The notes beneath the pieces are model-generated. The model saw only the letters and a list, made by a program, of their open reading frames with translations. It had not been told where the DNA came from and ran no database searches. Shown piece after piece: positions 47,399-57,341 of a DNA stretch of 64,000 nt. Source of the DNA: an uncultured Chloroflexia bacterium (GTDB taxonomy: Bacteria > Chloroflexota > Limnocylindria > Limnocylindrales > CSP1-4); NCBI GenBank assembly GCA_963732805.1, contig CAVTAW010000001.1, positions 406,283 through 470,282 of the forward strand, read 5' to 3'. Each line of letters opens with the position of its first letter. The stretch's first letter is position 1. The translations under genes were made by a program, and so were the position numbers.

Positions 47399-49228
47399 TC
47401 AGCCCTCCGCGTGTGCCTTCGGCAGCACCTCGAGAGAGGGTGCCGGCGTGCGCAACCCGCGCAGCGCCGAGCGATCCATGGAGGCGAGGCGCGGCAGGTC
47501 CGGCTTGTTCGTCCGAAGCAGGCGCTCGGTCAGCGTCGAGAGCAGCAGCTTGCTCACCTCCGGGACCTCCATCACCGAGCGCAGCGCCGGCGAGGGCACC
47601 TCCAGCAGGGTGCTGGGCTCGGTCACGACCACGTCTGCCGTCCGGGCGCTCCCGGTCAGCGCTGCGATCTCGCCGAAGAAGTCGCCCGCCCCCATCGTGG
47701 ACAGGCCCCGGTACCCGCCGTCGGGCTCGGGAATGCCCGCCGCGGCCTCGCCATCCAGGATGAAGTAGGCGGCGCTGGCCAGCTCCCCGCTGGTCACGAC
47801 GCGGGCACCCTCGGGCACGTCGCGCACCAGCGCGTCGTGGATGAACGCCGCCCGCTGGCGCTCATCGAGCCTGCTGAACGTCGCGAGCCTGCCGACCAGG
47901 AGCTCGAAGTCGGCCATCGTCGCCGCCCGGACAGTGCCGGGCATGACGGCCGGCGCCGTGGCGGGCGCGGCCCGCAGGGCGGACAGGCCGCGCCGCCATT
48001 CGGCAGCCGGCCGCCCGATCCCGGGCGCGAACAGCGAGACCAGGCCCGCGACGACCAGGATCGAGGAGGAGAAGATCAGGAGCGCACGGACGTCGAACAC
48101 GTCGGCCAGGCCGGCGCCTGCCATGCCGGCCAGGAAGATGATGTCGCGCATCACGAACATCGATGAGAACACGCGCCCCCGGAGCTCGCGCGGCGTGTTG
48201 CGCTGGAGCAGCGTCTGGCGCGCGACCGACGACGGCGAGTTGAAGAAGCCGCTGACGATGACCCACAGGATCGCGATCAGGATCGTCGGCGACAGGCCGT
48301 AGAAGATCCCGGCAACGCCCATCCCGAAGTAGCCGATGAACACCCACAGGCCCGTCTGGAGCCGGTCGGCGTAGCGGGCCATGAACAGGCTCCCGGCGAC
48401 GAAGCCGACCGAGGTCAGGCCCTCCTGGATCCCGTATTCGAACTCGGTCGCGCCCAGGACCTTGATGGCCATCGGCAGCAGCAGCACGTTCCACAGGCCG
48501 AACGCGAAGAACGTCGGGGCCCCGAGCAGGAACAGCGAGCGGAGCATCGGCGTCTCCGCGATCGTCCGCACGCCGGTCCTGACGTTCGTGATCACGACCC
48601 CGACGGAGGTGGCCTCCTCGACCTCGATCTTCGAGCGGACCTTGAGCAGGAACACGCAGCCCGCCGAGAAAAGGAAGGTCAGGGCATCGATCCAGAACGC
48701 GAACCGGATATCGATCGCCGCGAGCAGCCCGGCACCCGCAAACCCGATCGCCGTGGACCCGAACGAGGCGATCGAGAGGAAGGCGTTCGCCGCGGTCAGC
48801 TCCTCGTCGCTGGCGATCTCGGGAATGAGGCTCTCGTACGCCGGGTCGAAGAACTGCTTGACGCCGGCGTTGACCAGGATCGCCACGAACAGCAGCGACA
48901 CGTCGACGCCGATGAGGAACGGGATCGCGGCCACCACCACGGCCTGCGCGAGGTTGCTCGCGATCATCACCATCCGCCGGTCGTAGCGATCGACGAACAC
49001 GCCCGCGATGAGGCCCACGATCAGGCTCGGCACGGCGGTGGCCATCAGCGTCACGCCGACCAGGAACGCGGACCCGGTCTTGTCGAACACGAAGATCGCG
49101 GCGGCGAGATCGGTCAGCGACGATCCTGCCGTGGACACGAGCTGGGCGACCCACATCAGCACGAAGTCGCGCCTGCGGAACACCGCGGTCGGGGAAACCT
49201 TCGCGCCCACCTGTGCGACGCCGCTCAC
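47399..49228 (-). CDS. MFS transporter fused to a C-terminal cyclic-nucleotide-binding (cNMP) domain
   Basis: 12-TM MFS core followed by 'FILDGEAAAG...MGAGDFFGEIALLTGSARTADVV'. GTG start with GGGAGG 4 nt upstream. Confidence 0.8.
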   Translation of the reverse strand: MSGVAQVGAKVSPTAVFRRRDFVLMWVAQLVSTAGSSLTDLAAAIFVFDKTGSAFLVGVTLMATAVPSLIVGLIAGVFVDRYDRRMVMIASNLAQAVVVAAIPFLIGVDVSLLFVAILVNAGVKQFFDPAYESLIPEIASDEELTAANAFLSIASFGSTAIGFAGAGLLAAIDIRFAFWIDALTFLFSAGCVFLLKVRSKIEVEEATSVGVVITNVRTGVRTIAETPMLRSLFLLGAPTFFAFGLWNVLLLPMAIKVLGATEFEYGIQEGLTSVGFVAGSLFMARYADRLQTGLWVFIGYFGMGVAGIFYGLSPTILIAILWVIVSGFFNSPSSVARQTLLQRNTPRELRGRVFSSMFVMRDIIFLAGMAGAGLADVFDVRALLIFSSSILVVAGLVSLFAPGIGRPAAEWRRGLSALRAAPATAPAVMPGTVRAATMADFELLVGRLATFSRLDERQRAAFIHDALVRDVPEGARVVTSGELASAAYFILDGEAAAGIPEPDGGYRGLSTMGAGDFFGEIAALTGSARTADVVVTEPSTLLEVPSPALRSVMEVPEVSKLLLSTLTERLLRTNKPDLPRLASMDRSALRGLRTPAPSLEVLPKAHAEG

Positions 49229-49417
49229 CCTGCCTCCCTCGCGGTTGCCGAGGCTCCGCTGCGGCCCCGCCCGTTGTGCCCCGGTGTGCCCAGGGCCCAC
49301 GCTGCCGCGATGGCAATCGTCCTGGGCGCAGGGACTGGCGCGAAGTGTACGGCCGCCGACCGCTAGGATTCGGGCCTCGTCGCGTGGGCCGCGGCGACCG
49401 GCAGGTGGAGGCCAGCG

Positions 49418-50197
49418 GTGGACGATCCCGAACCGTCGATCCGCGATGTGCTCGCGGCCGTGGCCGCGCGCGCGGCGGCCGCCGGGCGGATCGAGCCGTC
49501 AGGGGGCGAAGCGCTGCTGCGCTCGGTGGTCGAGGCGACCGTCGTGCTGTTCGATGCCGAAGCCGCCTCGATCGCGCTCCACGATCCCGTCTCGGACCGC
49601 CTGGTCGTCCGGATCGCTGCGGGGACGGCGGGCGCCGGCGCGGTCGGCCTCAGCTTCCCGGCGACGAGCGGCATCGCCGGCTACGCGTTCGCGACCGGTC
49701 AACCGCTCGCCGTCAGCGACGTGACGGCCGACCCGCGCTTCGACCGGTCCGCAGCAGAGGCGACGGGCTACGTCCCTCGCTCGATCCTGGCCGTCCCGCT
49801 CCTGGACGACGACGGCACGCTGGGCGTGCTCGAGATTCTCGACCGGCGTGGCGCCGGCGGGTTCGACCTGCGTGACCTGGAGCTGGCGTCCGTGTTCGCC
49901 CGGCAGGCGACCGTGGCCATCCGGGCGAGCCGGGTCGAGCGCGACACCGCCGAGCTCCTGCGGGCGGTGCTGGCACGGATCGCCGCGGACCCCGTCAGCG
50001 ACGATGGGGCGATCGACGCGGCGGTGCACGAGGCCGTCGGCCGGCTCGACGATGACGATGACCGCCTGTGGAGGCTGGCCGACGCGGTCGCGAGGGCGCG
50101 CCATGCCGCCCCCGAGCTGGTCGGGCTGGTGATCGAGATCCTGGACGCGCTCGCCCGCCGGACCGGACGCCCCACGCCCCGGTCGTTCCGCCGATGA
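49418..50197 (+). CDS. GAF-domain protein
   Basis: 'GIAGYAFATGQPLAVSDVTADPRF', 'SILAVPLLDDDGTLGVLEILD'. Confidence 0.7.
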   Translation: MDDPEPSIRDVLAAVAARAAAAGRIEPSGGEALLRSVVEATVVLFDAEAASIALHDPVSDRLVVRIAAGTAGAGAVGLSFPATSGIAGYAFATGQPLAVSDVTADPRFDRSAAEATGYVPRSILAVPLLDDDGTLGVLEILDRRGAGGFDLRDLELASVFARQATVAIRASRVERDTAELLRAVLARIAADPVSDDGAIDAAVHEAVGRLDDDDDRLWRLADAVARARHAAPELVGLVIEILDALARRTGRPTPRSFRR

Positions 50198-51009
50198 CGT
50201 CGGGGCTGCCCGCCTGGAGCGAGCCGTTCTCTGCATCCCGCCGCGACGGCATCGCCCGGCACGGTCCCTGGGGCCGGGTCGAGCGGTCGTGGGCCTTCGG
50301 CGACGGGACCGGGCGCGGCGTGCGGGTCGCGATCGTCGATTCCGGCGTGGAGGGCGATCACCCGGCGGTCGGCGGCCGGCTGTCGGACAGCGTGGCGGTC
50401 GAGCGCGACGGGGACGGATGGCGCGTGGTGCCGGCCGCTCCAGATGACCCCGTCGGGCACGGGACCGCATGCGCCGGGATCGTCCACGCGATCGCCCCCG
50501 AGGCGGAGCTGGTGTCCGTTCGGGTCCTGGGCCCCGACAACCGCGGCAACGGCGGTGCGTTCGCCACCGGACTGGCCTGGGCGATCGAATCGTCGGGGGC
50601 GGCGATCGTCAACCTGTCGCTGTCGTCGCGCAGCGAGGCGTATCGCGCGCCGCTGCACGAGCTTGCCGACGCGGCCTACTTCGCGGGCGTGCTGCTGGTT
50701 GCCGCCGCGAACAACCTGGCGGTGGCGAGCTATCCGTCGCTGGATGCGGCAGTCGTGTCGGTGGCCGCGCACGACCTGCCGGACGCGGACGCGTGGTTCT
50801 ACAACCCGGCGCCGCCGGTCGAGTTCGGTGCACGCGGGCTGGACGTGGACGTGGCGTGGCGGGCCCGCTCGCGCATGACCGTCACGGGCAACAGCTTCGC
50901 GGCCCCGCACGTCGCCGGGCTCGCGGCGCGCATCCGGTCCGCGCACCCGGGCATCACGCCGTTCGAGACCAAGGCACTCCTCGCCGCCACCGCGAACAAC
51001 GCGCGGTAG
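50194..51009 (+). CDS. Subtilisin-like serine peptidase (S8), no signal peptide
   Basis: Catalytic triad contexts 'VAIVDSGV', 'HGTACAGI', 'GNSFAAPHVAG'. ATG overlaps the GAF stop (ATGA). Confidence 0.8.
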   Translation: MTSGLPAWSEPFSASRRDGIARHGPWGRVERSWAFGDGTGRGVRVAIVDSGVEGDHPAVGGRLSDSVAVERDGDGWRVVPAAPDDPVGHGTACAGIVHAIAPEAELVSVRVLGPDNRGNGGAFATGLAWAIESSGAAIVNLSLSSRSEAYRAPLHELADAAYFAGVLLVAAANNLAVASYPSLDAAVVSVAAHDLPDADAWFYNPAPPVEFGARGLDVDVAWRARSRMTVTGNSFAAPHVAGLAARIRSAHPGITPFETKALLAATANNAR

Positions 51010-51015
51010 CCGCGG

Positions 51016-51238
51016 TCAGCGCTCGCCGTGCGGGTTCTCGCCCGGACCGCGCCGGGTGAACTCGCCCTGCGTCTTCGGGCCGCCCGTGTACAGGCCGGTG
51101 CGGGTGTCCGGCTCGTCGCGCTTGAGCTGATGACCTTCGACGTCGAGCTCGCTCTCATCGGGAACGGCGTCGCCGCCGGTGCCGGGGAAGCCCCGCGTGA
51201 AGATGCCGTCCGTGCCTGGCTCGTCGCGCCTGGGTGCC
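51016..51238 (-). CDS. Small hydrophilic repeat protein (74 aa)
   Basis: ATG with GGAGA 6 nt upstream. Two ~30-aa internal repeats ('RRDEPGTDGIFTRGFPGTGG' / 'KRDEPDTRTGLYTGGPKTQG'). Confidence 0.45.
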
Positions 51239-51390
51239 ATCGTCGCTCTCCTCGGGCCGGGTGACCTGGTTGCAGCCTCGACTCTAGGGGGCGTGTCCAG
51301 CCCTGGCGATCCCGGGCTTGACAGCGGGCGTGTCATCTTGCCGACACGGCCAGCCGGGCGCTCGATCGTGATCCGCGCGGCCTCGAGGCC

Positions 51391-51948
51391 TCAGGGGAGG
51401 GTGACGCCCTCGAGCGCGAGCAGGTCCCGTTTGACCGAGAGCGCCGCCTCACGCCCGCCCCACGCGGCGACACCGTAGCCGCCGAGGGTGCCATCGCCGG
51501 CGATGACCCGGTGACACGGGATCAGCAGCCCGACCGGGTTCCGGCCCACCGCGCCGCCCACGGCCCGCGCCGCCCCGGTGCGGCCGATCCGGCGAGCCAC
51601 CTCGCCGTACCCGGCCACCTGGCCGCGCGGGATCGCGCGCACGGCGTCCAGCACCAGGCGATCCCAGGCGGAGCGATAGCCGATGTCCACGGGCAGACGG
51701 TCGAGCGCCACATCCCGACCGGCCAGGTACGTGTCGACGAGGTCCGCGGTGCGGGCGGCCAGCTCGCGCGCGGGTCCGGACGGCGCATCCGCCAGTGGTA
51801 CCGGCGCGCCCAGCCGGCGCCGCGCCAGGCCGGCCTCGAACGCCTCGGCCGAGGACATCAGCTCCAGCGCCAGCACGCCCCGAGGGCCGACCGCGATCCG
51901 CACCGGGCCCCACGGTCCCCCCGCGATCGCGAGCACCACCTCGTTCAT
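51391..51948 (-). CDS. ogt: Methylated-DNA--protein-cysteine methyltransferase (Ogt/MGMT)
   Basis: 'IPCHRVIAGDGTLGGY' active-site motif with an HTH-like segment upstream. Confidence 0.85.
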   Translation of the reverse strand: MNEVVLAIAGGPWGPVRIAVGPRGVLALELMSSAEAFEAGLARRRLGAPVPLADAPSGPARELAARTADLVDTYLAGRDVALDRLPVDIGYRSAWDRLVLDAVRAIPRGQVAGYGEVARRIGRTGAARAVGGAVGRNPVGLLIPCHRVIAGDGTLGGYGVAAWGGREAALSVKRDLLALEGVTLP

Positions 51949-51996
51949 GCGTCGATGGTTGCATGCCCGGCCGCATCGCGGCCCACGCCGCCGGGA

Positions 51997-52941
51997 TCAG
52001 CCCGGGCGCACCCAGGGCTCCGAGAGGTCGTGCTCCGGGCCCATCACCGATCCGTACAGGGCGTTCGCCTCGTCCGAGTAGCCGCCGACGAACACGGTGA
52101 GGCAGCCCATGCGTCGCAGCCGGTGCAGCGCCTCGAGGATCGCGGCCCTGGCCAGCCCGCGGCGGCGATGGGCGGCCACGGTCGCCACGGGCTCGAGGTA
52201 GGCGGTCCGCGACACGTCGTCGAACCAGGCGGTGCAGAACGCGGCGATCGAGCCATCGGTGGCCGCCGCCACGATGTCCAGGTCGCGGCGATACAGGGGC
52301 GCGGCCTGGATGTGGTGATACCACCCGGGGTGATCCCGGTTGTCGCGGGCGACGGCGATGTCGTCGTCGTGGAAGGCGAGGCCCGACGCATAGCATCGCT
52401 CGAGCAGCTCGAGGCCGTCCGCCATGGGGCGGATCGCGTATCCGGCGATCGACGGCACCGGCGGCAATGGCGCCTCGAGCGAGCGGCGATGCTGCCATTC
52501 CGAGACCCCCGGCCGCCCGAGGCGCACGAACCCGCGGCGCGCCAGGATCTCCTGCAGCCCGTGATCCCCGGCATCGGCGAACACCCTCAGCCGCCGATCC
52601 CCGTCGGCACCGGCGACCGCCAGCCGATCCTCCGCGACCGCCACCATCTCCTCGGCCAGGTCGGCAGAGCCCAGGGCCGGGTGGACCTGGAGGAACGCCT
52701 GGCCGGGCCCTTCCGGGGTGAGCGCCGCGACCAGCTCGCCCGCGTCCGTCTCCCACAGGAACACGTGCTTGCCGGGCTCCAGGTGCTCGAGATCCGGGTT
52801 GCAGAACCACCACCAGTAATCCAGCCGCGCGACGTGCCACGATCGCTCCCGGCGACCGTTGAGCACCATGGCCTCGCGCAGGAGCGTGCGAATCCGCCAG
52901 TAGTCGTCATCGTCCCGGAATGCGCGCATGACCAGCCGCAT
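51997..52941 (-). CDS. GNAT-family N-acetyltransferase
   Basis: Acetyl-CoA motif A 'VATVAAHRRRGLARAAILEALHRLRRMG'. Start at ATG 52941; the upstream 56 aa of the track ORF rejected. Confidence 0.7.
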   Translation of the reverse strand: MRLVMRAFRDDDDYWRIRTLLREAMVLNGRRERSWHVARLDYWWWFCNPDLEHLEPGKHVFLWETDAGELVAALTPEGPGQAFLQVHPALGSADLAEEMVAVAEDRLAVAGADGDRRLRVFADAGDHGLQEILARRGFVRLGRPGVSEWQHRRSLEAPLPPVPSIAGYAIRPMADGLELLERCYASGLAFHDDDIAVARDNRDHPGWYHHIQAAPLYRRDLDIVAAATDGSIAAFCTAWFDDVSRTAYLEPVATVAAHRRRGLARAAILEALHRLRRMGCLTVFVGGYSDEANALYGSVMGPEHDLSEPWVRPG

Positions 52942-53036
52942 CGATCTCTCCCCGGTCGAGCCCGTGGACGCGAGCCGAGGGTACCCGTTTGGGCGGGATC
53001 GCCGGGGCCGGGGCAGGGCACAATCGATCCGCCACC

Positions 53037-53981
53037 ATGTCGCCTCGCTACGTTGGCCGCCTTCGCCGCCCGCGGTTCCGGGGGATCCGCACCCCTGTCG
53101 TGACCGCACGCCAGAGCGCCGGGCGGTTGGCCGTGATCGGCCTCGTGTCGGCGGCGCTCGTCCTTCCGGTCTGGGCCCTGACCACGCAGACCGAGGTCGG
53201 GCAGCGGGTCGCGGACCTCATCCTCTACGGGCGGACCAGTGCCGCCCCGGGTGTCCTCGGGGCGGCCCGGGAGACGCTTGCCTCGATCAGCCTGGCCATG
53301 GCCGTGATCACCGCCCTGGGTCTCGCCACGCTCGCGCTCGCTCGCGGGGGACCCGCGCTGGCCGGTGCCGTCGTCGTGCTGCTCGCCGGCGCGAACGGCA
53401 CGACGCAGCTGCTGCAGGACGTCCTGGGCCGCCCGAACCTCCTGGGCGATGCGGCCTATGCCACCGGGAACAGCTTCCCCAGCGGTCACGTGACGCTCGT
53501 GGCGTCGCTCGCCCTGGCGGGCCTGGTGGTCGCCCCCAGGGGGATGCGCACGGTCGTGGCCATCGCGGTTGCCATCCTCGTCGCCGCGGTCGGCACGAGC
53601 ACCATCTCCGCCGGGTGGCATCGCCTTGCCGACGTCGTCGGCGCGATCCTGATCTCGCTCTCGTGGGCCGCCCTCGCAACCGCAGGCCTGGTGGTCGCCC
53701 AGGGCTGGATGCCCCGCCGGACGTGGCGGCGCGGCGTGAGCGGCGGAGTGGCGACAGCTGCCGCGTTCGTGGGTGCGGCGGCGCTGCTGGCCGGCGGTGT
53801 GGGGCTGGGAGTCGCGATCGTCAATGATGCGCCGCCCGCGGACCTGCTCGCGTCCGGATCCCCGGCGGCGAGAACGTTCGTGGCGGCGGTCACGATCTCG
53901 GCCGGGTCGGCGTTCCTGGCCGTCTCCGCGTTCGTGTGGGCGATGCGCGGGGTCGCGCTGGAGCCTCCGCCCGGGGCCTGA
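53037..53981 (+). CDS. PAP2-family membrane phosphatase
   Basis: 'SFPSGH' and 'GWHRLADVVGA' PAP2 motifs; multiple TM helices. Confidence 0.75.
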   Translation: MSPRYVGRLRRPRFRGIRTPVVTARQSAGRLAVIGLVSAALVLPVWALTTQTEVGQRVADLILYGRTSAAPGVLGAARETLASISLAMAVITALGLATLALARGGPALAGAVVVLLAGANGTTQLLQDVLGRPNLLGDAAYATGNSFPSGHVTLVASLALAGLVVAPRGMRTVVAIAVAILVAAVGTSTISAGWHRLADVVGAILISLSWAALATAGLVVAQGWMPRRTWRRGVSGGVATAAAFVGAAALLAGGVGLGVAIVNDAPPADLLASGSPAARTFVAAVTISAGSAFLAVSAFVWAMRGVALEPPPGA

Positions 53982-54052
53982 CAGCCCGCGTGCGCATGAC
54001 CAGCGGCCCGGCTGCTTCGGGACGGGCGGCATCCCGGGGGTCGGGCACCCAT

Positions 54053-54076
54053 GCTGGTATACTCCCCTAGAGTATG
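54053..54076 (+). promoter_or_regulatory. Extended -10 promoter (TGgTATACT) overlapped by the inverted repeat ATACTC-N5-GAGTAT that runs into the copA ATG; candidate metalloregulator operator and leaderless start
   Basis: Read directly from the sequence: TG 54055-54056, TATACT 54058-54063, IR arms 54059-54064 and 54070-54075, ATG 54074. Confidence 0.45.
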
Positions 54077-56767
54077 ACAAGCGTTCCCGACACCACCCAT
54101 CCCATCGAGATCGTCCTGCCCATCGAGGGCATGACGTGCGCGTCGTGCGTCAACCGCATCGAGCGCTTCCTCAGCAAGACGCCGGGCGTCGAGCAGGCGG
54201 CCGTCAACCTCGCGACCGAGCGGGCGACGATCGTCGTCGATCCGGCACGGGCGGGCCGGGACGAGCTGGTCCGCGCCGTCGAGGCGGCGGGCTACGAGGT
54301 CAAGGCCGAGCCGGCCACCACCGGCGCAGATGCGGCGGTGTCGCTCGAGGCGGAGATCACCGCCGACGATCTCGAGCGGGAACGTGCCCAGCGCCAGACC
54401 CTGGTGCAGTCGCTGGTCGCGATCGCCGCCGCGGCCGTGTTCATGGTCCTGATGTTCGCGCCCCAGACCGCCGTCGCGATGGAGGACCTCAACAAGCTGA
54501 TCCTGTGGCCGGCGACGATCATCCAGTTCTGGGCAGGCGGCCGCTTCTACCGGGCGGCGTGGCGTGCCGCGAAGCACGGCGGGGTCACCATGGACACGCT
54601 GGTCGCGGTCGGGACGAGCGCGGCGTGGGGCTACTCCGTGTTCGTCACCATGTGGCCCGACGACGTTCACGCGGCCGGCCTGCGACCTGAGACGTACTTC
54701 GACTCGGCCACGATCATCATCGGCCTGATCCTGATGGGCAAGTGGCTCGAGGCGCGCGCAAAGGGTCGCACCACCGGCGCGATCCGCCGGCTGGTCGGGC
54801 TCCAGGCAACCACGGCGCGCCGACTTCGCAACGGCGTCGAGGAGGACGTGGATCTCGCGGTGGTCGTGCCGGGCGATCTGCTGCGCGTCCGCCCGGGCGA
54901 CAAGGTGCCGGTGGACGGCGTCGTGGTCGAGGGGACGTCGGCCATCGACGAGTCGATGCTCACGGGCGAGCCGATCCCGGGCACGAAGTCGGCGGGCGAC
55001 GAGGTCATCGGGGCCACGCTGAACACGACAGGCTCGTTCGTCATGCGTACGACCCGGGTCGGACGGGACACGGCGCTGGCCCGGATCGTGGACCTCGTCC
55101 AGCGGGCCCAGGGCTCCAAGGCGCCCATCCAGCGCCTCGCGGACCAGATCAGCGCCATCTTCGTTCCTGCGGTGCTCGCGGTGGCAGCCGTCACGTTCGT
55201 CGCGTGGTTCGTGCTCGGCCCCGAGCCGCGCGTGACGCTCGCGCTGACCGCGTTCATCGGCGTCGTCGTCATCGCGTGTCCATGCGCGATGGGCCTGGCC
55301 ACCCCGACCGCGATCATGGTCGGGACGGGCAAGGGGGCCGAGGCGGGCATCCTGGTGCGTGGCGGCGAGGCGCTCGAGACCGCGGGCCGGATCGACACCG
55401 TGGTCATGGACAAGACCGGCACCCTCACGGTCGGACGGCCCGCGGTCACCGCGATCGTGGCGGCGCCCGGCTTCGCCCAGGAGCAGGTGCTCGACCTCGC
55501 GGCGTCGCTTGAGACCGGCTCGGAGCACCCCCTGGGCGAGGCGATCGTGCGCAGGGCCCGCGAGACGGAGCTCGGCTTCGCGAAGGTGTCGGGATTCGAC
55601 GCCATCGTCGGGCGCGGGGTGCGGGGCACGATCGATGGGGCGGACATCGTGGTCGGCAGCCGGCGCCTGATGGACGAGCTGGATGTGGACCTCGCCGCGC
55701 TGGTCGCGCCCGCCAGGACGGCCGCGGCGGACGGTGCCACGGTCGCGTTCGTGACGATCGGCGCTGCCGCGGCCGGGCTGATCGCGATCTCGGACCCGGT
55801 GAAGCCGGAATCGCGCCGGGCGGTCTCCGAGCTGCGCGACGCGGGGCTCGAGGTGTGGCTGCTCACGGGCGACGCGCGGGTAACCGCGGACGCCGTCGCA
55901 CGCCAGGTGGGCATCCCATCCGACCGGGTGATCGCGGAGGTCCTGCCGGCCGACAAGGACGCGACGATCTCGCGCCTCCAGGGCGAGGGTCGGCGGGTCG
56001 CCATGGTGGGCGACGGCATCAACGACGCGCCGGCGCTCGCCCGGGCCGATCTCGGGGTGGCGATCGGGACGGGGGCCGATGTCGCCATCGAGGCCTCGGA
56101 CGTCACCCTCGTGGGCGGGGATCCGCGGCTCGTCGCATCGGCCATCGGGCTGTCGCGGGCAACGGTCCGGGTGATCCGCCAGAACCTGTTCTGGGCGTTC
56201 GCCTACAACGTGCTGCTGATCCCGATCGCGATGGGCGCGCTGTACCCGTCGCTCGGGATCACGCTCAACCCGGCCATGGCCGCCGGCGCCATGGCCCTCT
56301 CGTCGGTCAGCGTGGTCACCAACTCGCTGCGCCTGCGGGGGATCGATGTCCGACCGGGCGTCACCACCCAGTTGCGGCGAGGTCCGCTGGGGTTGGTGCG
56401 GGACGGGGCCTTCCTGGTCGTCGTGGCGGGCCTGGGGCTTGTCCTGGCGGGCGGCGTCCTCGCCGCGGACCGGGCCGTGGATGCCGCGCTGCCCCACGTC
56501 GTGATCACGGCACGCGCCGGGCAGGTATCGCCGGCCGACGTCACGGTCCGGGCAGGGCAATGGACGGTGATTGAGCTCGTGAACAGCGGGTCGGACGTCC
56601 GCGACTGGATGGTCGCGGGCGTCGCCAACCTGGACATCGTGGCCCGGCCGGGCGAGACCGCACAGCTGCGCTTCGTGCTCGACGCACCGGGGCGCCATCC
56701 GATCCTGAGCGGCGTGGCCGGCCAGTCCGGCCTGCAGGTCGGCACGCTCGTCGTGGCGTCGCCCTGA
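54074..56767 (+). CDS. copA: Cu(I)-translocating P1B-type ATPase (CopA-like) with ~140-aa C-terminal extension
   Basis: HMA 'GMTCASCV', 'CPC' in TM6 ('[12 protein letters not shown]'), 'DKTGTLT', '[10 protein letters not shown]'. After the last canonical TM come an extra TM helix and a beta-rich domain ('[31 protein letters not shown]...'). Confidence 0.9.
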   Translation: MTSVPDTTHPIEIVLPIEGMTCASCVNRIERFLSKTPGVEQAAVNLATERATIVVDPARAGRDELVRAVEAAGYEVKAEPATTGADAAVSLEAEITADDLERERAQRQTLVQSLVAIAAAAVFMVLMFAPQTAVAMEDLNKLILWPATIIQFWAGGRFYRAAWRAAKHGGVTMDTLVAVGTSAAWGYSVFVTMWPDDVHAAGLRPETYFDSATIIIGLILMGKWLEARAKGRTTGAIRRLVGLQATTARRLRNGVEEDVDLAVVVPGDLLRVRPGDKVPVDGVVVEGTSAIDESMLTGEPIPGTKSAGDEVIGATLNTTGSFVMRTTRVGRDTALARIVDLVQRAQGSKAPIQRLADQISAIFVPAVLAVAAVTFVAWFVLGPEPRVTLALTAFIGVVVIACPCAMGLATPTAIMVGTGKGAEAGILVRGGEALETAGRIDTVVMDKTGTLTVGRPAVTAIVAAPGFAQEQVLDLAASLETGSEHPLGEAIVRRARETELGFAKVSGFDAIVGRGVRGTIDGADIVVGSRRLMDELDVDLAALVAPARTAAADGATVAFVTIGAAAAGLIAISDPVKPESRRAVSELRDAGLEVWLLTGDARVTADAVARQVGIPSDRVIAEVLPADKDATISRLQGEGRRVAMVGDGINDAPALARADLGVAIGTGADVAIEASDVTLVGGDPRLVASAIGLSRATVRVIRQNLFWAFAYNVLLIPIAMGALYPSLGITLNPAMAAGAMALSSVSVVTNSLRLRGIDVRPGVTTQLRRGPLGLVRDGAFLVVVAGLGLVLAGGVLAADRAVDAALPHVVITARAGQVSPADVTVRAGQWTVIELVNSGSDVRDWMVAGVANLDIVARPGETAQLRFVLDAPGRHPILSGVAGQSGLQVGTLVVASP

Positions 56768-56786
56768 GCGTGGGTACACTCGGCGC

Positions 56787-57323
56787 GTGACCGACTCCCC
56801 GCTCGATCCGTTCGCCGCCGTCGCCCCACCCGCCCGCAGCCGGATCGCGGTCCCGGACGATGCCCGCGACCTGCCCGGCGACTTCGGCCACCGGATGGCC
56901 GTCGAGATCCGGTTCGGCGACACGGATGCGATGGGCCACGCCAACAACGCACGATTCCTGACCTACTGCGAGTCGGCCCGGCTTGCCTACTGGGAGGAGG
57001 CGACGGGCGAGCCGGTGGGGCTGCCGACGCACGGCGCGGAGGAATCCATGATCCTGGCCGACATCCAGGTTGCGTTCCGGACGCCCGCGTTCTTCGGCGA
57101 GGTGCTCATGGTGGAGACGCGGATGGGCCGGATCGGGCGGACCTCGTTCACGCTCGAGCACCGGATCACCGCGAGCGAATCACCGCGGGGCCACGCGCGC
57201 CTGGTCGCCACGGCCCACGCCGTCCAGGTCCTGTACGACTACGCGACCGCCCGCCCTCGAGCCGTGCCCGACGAGATCGCCGCCCGCCTCGAAGCCTACG
57301 AGGGCCGGCCGCTCCGAGCCTGA
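56787..57323 (+). CDS. Hotdog-fold acyl-CoA thioesterase (YbgC/4HBT-like)
   Basis: 'FGDTDAMGHANNARFLTYCE'. An alternative start at ATG 56895 is possible. Confidence 0.75.
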   Translation: MTDSPLDPFAAVAPPARSRIAVPDDARDLPGDFGHRMAVEIRFGDTDAMGHANNARFLTYCESARLAYWEEATGEPVGLPTHGAEESMILADIQVAFRTPAFFGEVLMVETRMGRIGRTSFTLEHRITASESPRGHARLVATAHAVQVLYDYATARPRAVPDEIAARLEAYEGRPLRA

Positions 57324-57341
57324 TCGCCCCGGGAGCGACGC

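Noticed and set aside
51270-51310. TTGACA hexamer (51291..51296) as a promoter
   Set aside because: On the plus strand it would drive transcription antisense into the ogt gene. No matching -10 at correct spacing. No downstream plus-strand gene.
53486-56947. 1153-aa minus ORF antisense to copA
   Set aside because: No motif, R/G/D/H-rich. The plus-strand frame is a complete P1B ATPase.
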